Source: an uncultured Atribacterota bacterium
Lineage (GTDB): Bacteria; Atribacterota; Phoenicimicrobiia; Phoenicimicrobiales; Stramentimicrobiaceae
DNA length: 38,804 nt
Assembly: GCA_964560535.1 (NCBI GenBank)
Contig: CAZLMD010000009.1
Span: 1 to 38,804, forward strand
Direction of reading: 5' to 3'
Position numbers and translations under genes: made by a program. This document shows, in pieces, positions 36,279 through 38,804 of the stretch. The notes beneath the pieces were generated by a model, which saw only the letters and a list, made by a program, of their open reading frames with translations, had not been told where the DNA came from and did not search any database. The first letter of the stretch is position 1, and every line of letters starts with the position of its first letter.

Positions 36279-36312
36279 ATTTTTATAAATATAAATAAAA
36301 GGAGTTGTTTTT

Positions 36313-37335
36313 ATGTTCAAAAAAATTAAGTGTTTAAATCTATTTTTTGTATTGATAGCAATAATATTGTTATCCAATTTATCAGTATTAGGTGAGGAAA
36401 TAGTTCTGGTAGATGTTATTGGCAGAGAAGTGATATTAACAGAAGCTGCAACAAAGGTAGTTGGTACTCATAACCCAACCCTTAATGCCGCTGTTGTCTT
36501 GGGTGGTGGGGAGAAATATATTGCAGGGTTTGGAAACAAGGAAATGTCCAGAGGACTCTATGATGCAGTGATGGATGATTTTGATGGATTGGTTCAGATT
36601 GGTAAAGGCGGAAATATTAATTTTGAAACTGTTCTGGCTACAGGAGCTGATCTAGCGATTATTCCTGAGCGATTCAAAGATCAGGTGGAACAATTTGAGA
36701 AAGTGGGTATGAAAGTTATAGTGGCTCTACCCAATGAGGAAAGTTTTGACACTATCAGACAGAGTTTGACTTTATTGGGTAAGGCTCTAGGTGCCTCTGA
36801 TAGAGCAAGCCAGATTTTAGGATATTTGGATGATCGTATTGAAAATGCAAAACAAATCTCTTCTTCTGTAACTGCAAAGAAAAGAGTCTTATTTTTAGGT
36901 GGAAGCTCTGCCCTTTCTGTTGCACCTGCTGCAATGATTCAAACTCAATTGATTGAAGTGGCTGGTGGTATAAATGCAGTTTCAGGTATAGAAGGTACTG
37001 GGGATTTTATTGAAGTAAATATTGAACAGATAATAAACTGGAACCCAGACGTAATCTGGTATCCTGCATATGCCAGCTATACTGCTGAAGATTTAATCAA
37101 TGATCCATCCTGGAGCAGTATTAAAGCGGTACGGGATAAAGAAATATATGCTTTTCCTTCAAAAATAGAACCCTGGGATCAGCCAACAGCAGCACTGGCA
37201 CTGGGTATTGCCTGGGCTACCCACAACCTTCATCCAGATTTATACACCATCGAAGAAATCATGAAAGATGTTGATCAATTTTATAACTTAGTATACGGTA
37301 TAACTTTTAGTGTAGAACAGTTGGACATAAAATAG
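36313..37335 (+). CDS. ABC transporter substrate-binding protein, class III (BtuF/FhuD/FecB-like periplasmic binding protein)
   Basis: 340 aa with a signal/anchor. The layout is typical of PF01497-type binders (PDVIWYP ... W). FecCD permease and ATPase genes lie downstream. Confidence 0.85.
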   Translation: MFKKIKCLNLFFVLIAIILLSNLSVLGEEIVLVDVIGREVILTEAATKVVGTHNPTLNAAVVLGGGEKYIAGFGNKEMSRGLYDAVMDDFDGLVQIGKGGNINFETVLATGADLAIIPERFKDQVEQFEKVGMKVIVALPNEESFDTIRQSLTLLGKALGASDRASQILGYLDDRIENAKQISSSVTAKKRVLFLGGSSALSVAPAAMIQTQLIEVAGGINAVSGIEGTGDFIEVNIEQIINWNPDVIWYPAYASYTAEDLINDPSWSSIKAVRDKEIYAFPSKIEPWDQPTAALALGIAWATHNLHPDLYTIEEIMKDVDQFYNLVYGITFSVEQLDIK

Positions 37336-37368
37336 TTAGAATAGTCACCTGTTTTTGAAAGGAATTGC

Positions 37369-38379
37369 ATGAATAATTATAGATATAGACAACAGCTAAT
37401 GCTGTTGTCTATACTTTTAGTGATTAGTTTTTTTATTTCAGTTAGCTTAGGAAGGTATAGCAATAATCCTCTTGATGTTTTGAATTTAATGTTATATAAA
37501 TTAGGTCTTACCCAATCTTCAGATTCTACAATGGAAAGCGTTGTCTTTTATATTAGAATGCCAAGAATTATAGTTTCTATCCTGGTTGGGGCTATGCTTT
37601 CACTTTCAGGTGCCGTATATCAGGGAGTTTTTAAGAACCCGTTAATTTCTCCTGACCTATTAGGAGTTTCCTCAGGTGCATCTGTAGGTGCAGCCCTCGC
37701 AATCATGCTGGGCGCATCACTTGCTCAAAGACAATTAATGGCTTTTGTAGGTGGCTTATTTGCCGTATACTTAAGTACTTCGATTCCTAAATTATTCAAA
37801 AATAGAAATAATATGATGTTAGTTCTTTCAGGAATAATAGTTAGCGGATTTTTATGTTCAATTTTAGCAATTATGAAGTTTATTGCTGAAGAACAGACAG
37901 AACTGGCTTCTATTGTTTTCTGGCAAATGGGCAGTATGGCTAAAGTTCTGGGAAGAGAGATAGTTGCCATTACTCCTGTTTTCTTAGTATGTACGTTGGT
38001 ATTGCTATTACTTTCCTGGAGAATAAATATTCTATCCTTTGGTGATTTAGAAGCAAAATCCCTAGGCATAAATATAAATCAAATAAGGGGAATTGTTATT
38101 ATCTGTGCCAGCTTGCTAACTGCTAGTGCTGTTTCGGTCAGCGGAACAATCGGTTGGGTTGGTCTGGTGATTCCACACCTGGGACGTCTGCTTATTGGTA
38201 CAGATCATACTAAATTAATACCAACTACTGTAGTTATGGGTGCGCTTTTCATGTTAATAATTGATACTCTTGCTCGAACTATTTCTAATGTAGAAATTCC
38301 TCTCTCGATATTGACAGGCTTTGTAGGTGCGCCATTGTTTGCTTATTTACTTTATAAGCAGAGAACTCTTGCGGAATAG
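37369..38379 (+). CDS. FecCD/BtuC family ABC transporter permease
   Basis: 336 aa. Contains RMPRIIVSILVGAMLSLSGAVYQGVFKNPLISPDLLGVSSGA and a C-terminal GAPLFAYLL, typical of the FecCD family. Confidence 0.9.
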   Translation: MNNYRYRQQLMLLSILLVISFFISVSLGRYSNNPLDVLNLMLYKLGLTQSSDSTMESVVFYIRMPRIIVSILVGAMLSLSGAVYQGVFKNPLISPDLLGVSSGASVGAALAIMLGASLAQRQLMAFVGGLFAVYLSTSIPKLFKNRNNMMLVLSGIIVSGFLCSILAIMKFIAEEQTELASIVFWQMGSMAKVLGREIVAITPVFLVCTLVLLLLSWRINILSFGDLEAKSLGININQIRGIVIICASLLTASAVSVSGTIGWVGLVIPHLGRLLIGTDHTKLIPTTVVMGALFMLIIDTLARTISNVEIPLSILTGFVGAPLFAYLLYKQRTLAE

Positions 38380-38389
38380 GGGATTTTTG

Positions 38390-38804
38390 ATGTATATAAA
38401 AGTCGAGCAGATGGGTTTTTCTTATGACGGACTTAATGAAATATTTAGCAACATTAATTTGGATATAAATGCCGGTGAAATAATAAGCATATTGGGTCCA
38501 AATGGAATTGGTAAAACGACACTTCTATCTTGTTTAGCTAAAATAAGAATACCTACAAGTGGTAGAATATTAATTAATGGACAGAGTATTATGACAATGG
38601 GGCATCGTGATATTGCGAGGATAGTTGGCTATGTTCCGCAAACCATTTTCCCGTCTTTTGATTATAATGTTATTGACTATGTGGTGACCGGGCTGGCTCC
38701 GTGGTTGGGAATATTTGAAAAACCGAAAGAAGAACATTATCGCTTAGCAGAAGATTCTTTGCGAAAAATGGGAATAGAATATTTAAAGAATAAGCCATAT
38801 TCTA
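38390..38804 (+). CDS. ABC transporter ATP-binding protein (FecE/BtuD-like), 3'-truncated by the window end
   Basis: Translated by hand from ATG 38390: MYIKVEQMGFSYDG ... ISILGPNGIGKTTLLSCL (Walker A). There is no stop before 38804. It is absent from the ORF track because it runs off the window. Confidence 0.88.
   Translation, partial: MYIKVEQMGFSYDGLNEIFSNINLDINAGEIISILGPNGIGKTTLLSCLAKIRIPTSGRILINGQSIMTMGHRDIARIVGYVPQTIFPSFDYNVIDYVVTGLAPWLGIFEKPKEEHYRLAEDSLRKMGIEYLKNKPYS

Noticed and set aside
36126-36377. 83-aa minus-strand ORF overlapping the leader and the start of the binding-protein gene
   Set aside because: It is antisense to a structured leader and a terminator, has a low-complexity translation, and has no RBS.
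37196-37211. TGGCAC-tgggt-ATTGC inside the class III binding-protein gene as a second sigma-54 promoter. A similar TGGCAC occurs at about 3806.
   Set aside because: Both sites are intragenic. At 37196 the TTGC is shifted by one nucleotide (N6 spacing). At 3806 there is no -12 element.

Overview
This is an AT-rich 38.8-kb window that looks like a low-GC anaerobic, spore-forming Firmicute (Clostridia or Halanaerobiales-like). That taxonomic guess is inferred from gene content only. Every supportable gene lies on the + strand, and the region is mostly core chromosome.

Gene order:
- An odd promoter-driven tRNA-like locus.
- tsaC/sua5, then smpB-ssrA (tmRNA).
- An AI-2E family permease, a cell-wall amidase, a GerM-like protein and tlyA.
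- A membrane-anchored protein with a PD-(D/E)xK nuclease-like motif.
- nadK and recN.
- A sigma-54 enhancer-binding protein, followed by a textbook -24/-12 promoter. That promoter drives buk-ptb-buk, a P-loop NTPase and a four-subunit 2-oxoacid:ferredoxin oxidoreductase.
- A LIV-type branched-chain amino acid ABC importer (livGFHM plus binding protein).
- An M20 peptidase, a DmpA/S58 aminopeptidase, panE and panB.
- An overlapping Nudix hydrolase and PHP-domain (EndoQ-like) gene pair.
- dnaG-rpoD and tRNA-Asn.
- A gene-poor stretch with orphan genes.
- A PlsC-family acyltransferase.
- A structured leader with a terminator, in front of a BtuF/FhuD-class ABC importer that is cut at the window end.

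I saw no CRISPR array, transposase, integrase or obvious defence island.

The items most worth a second look are:
1. The chimeric tRNA-like locus at 153-283.
2. The riboswitch-like leader at 36126-36278, whose class I cannot assign with confidence.
3. The uncharacterised P-loop NTPase inside the sigma-54 fermentation operon.
4. The doubly membrane-anchored nuclease-fold protein upstream of nadK-recN.

All functional calls come from reading the supplied translations for family-diagnostic motifs. No database search was run.
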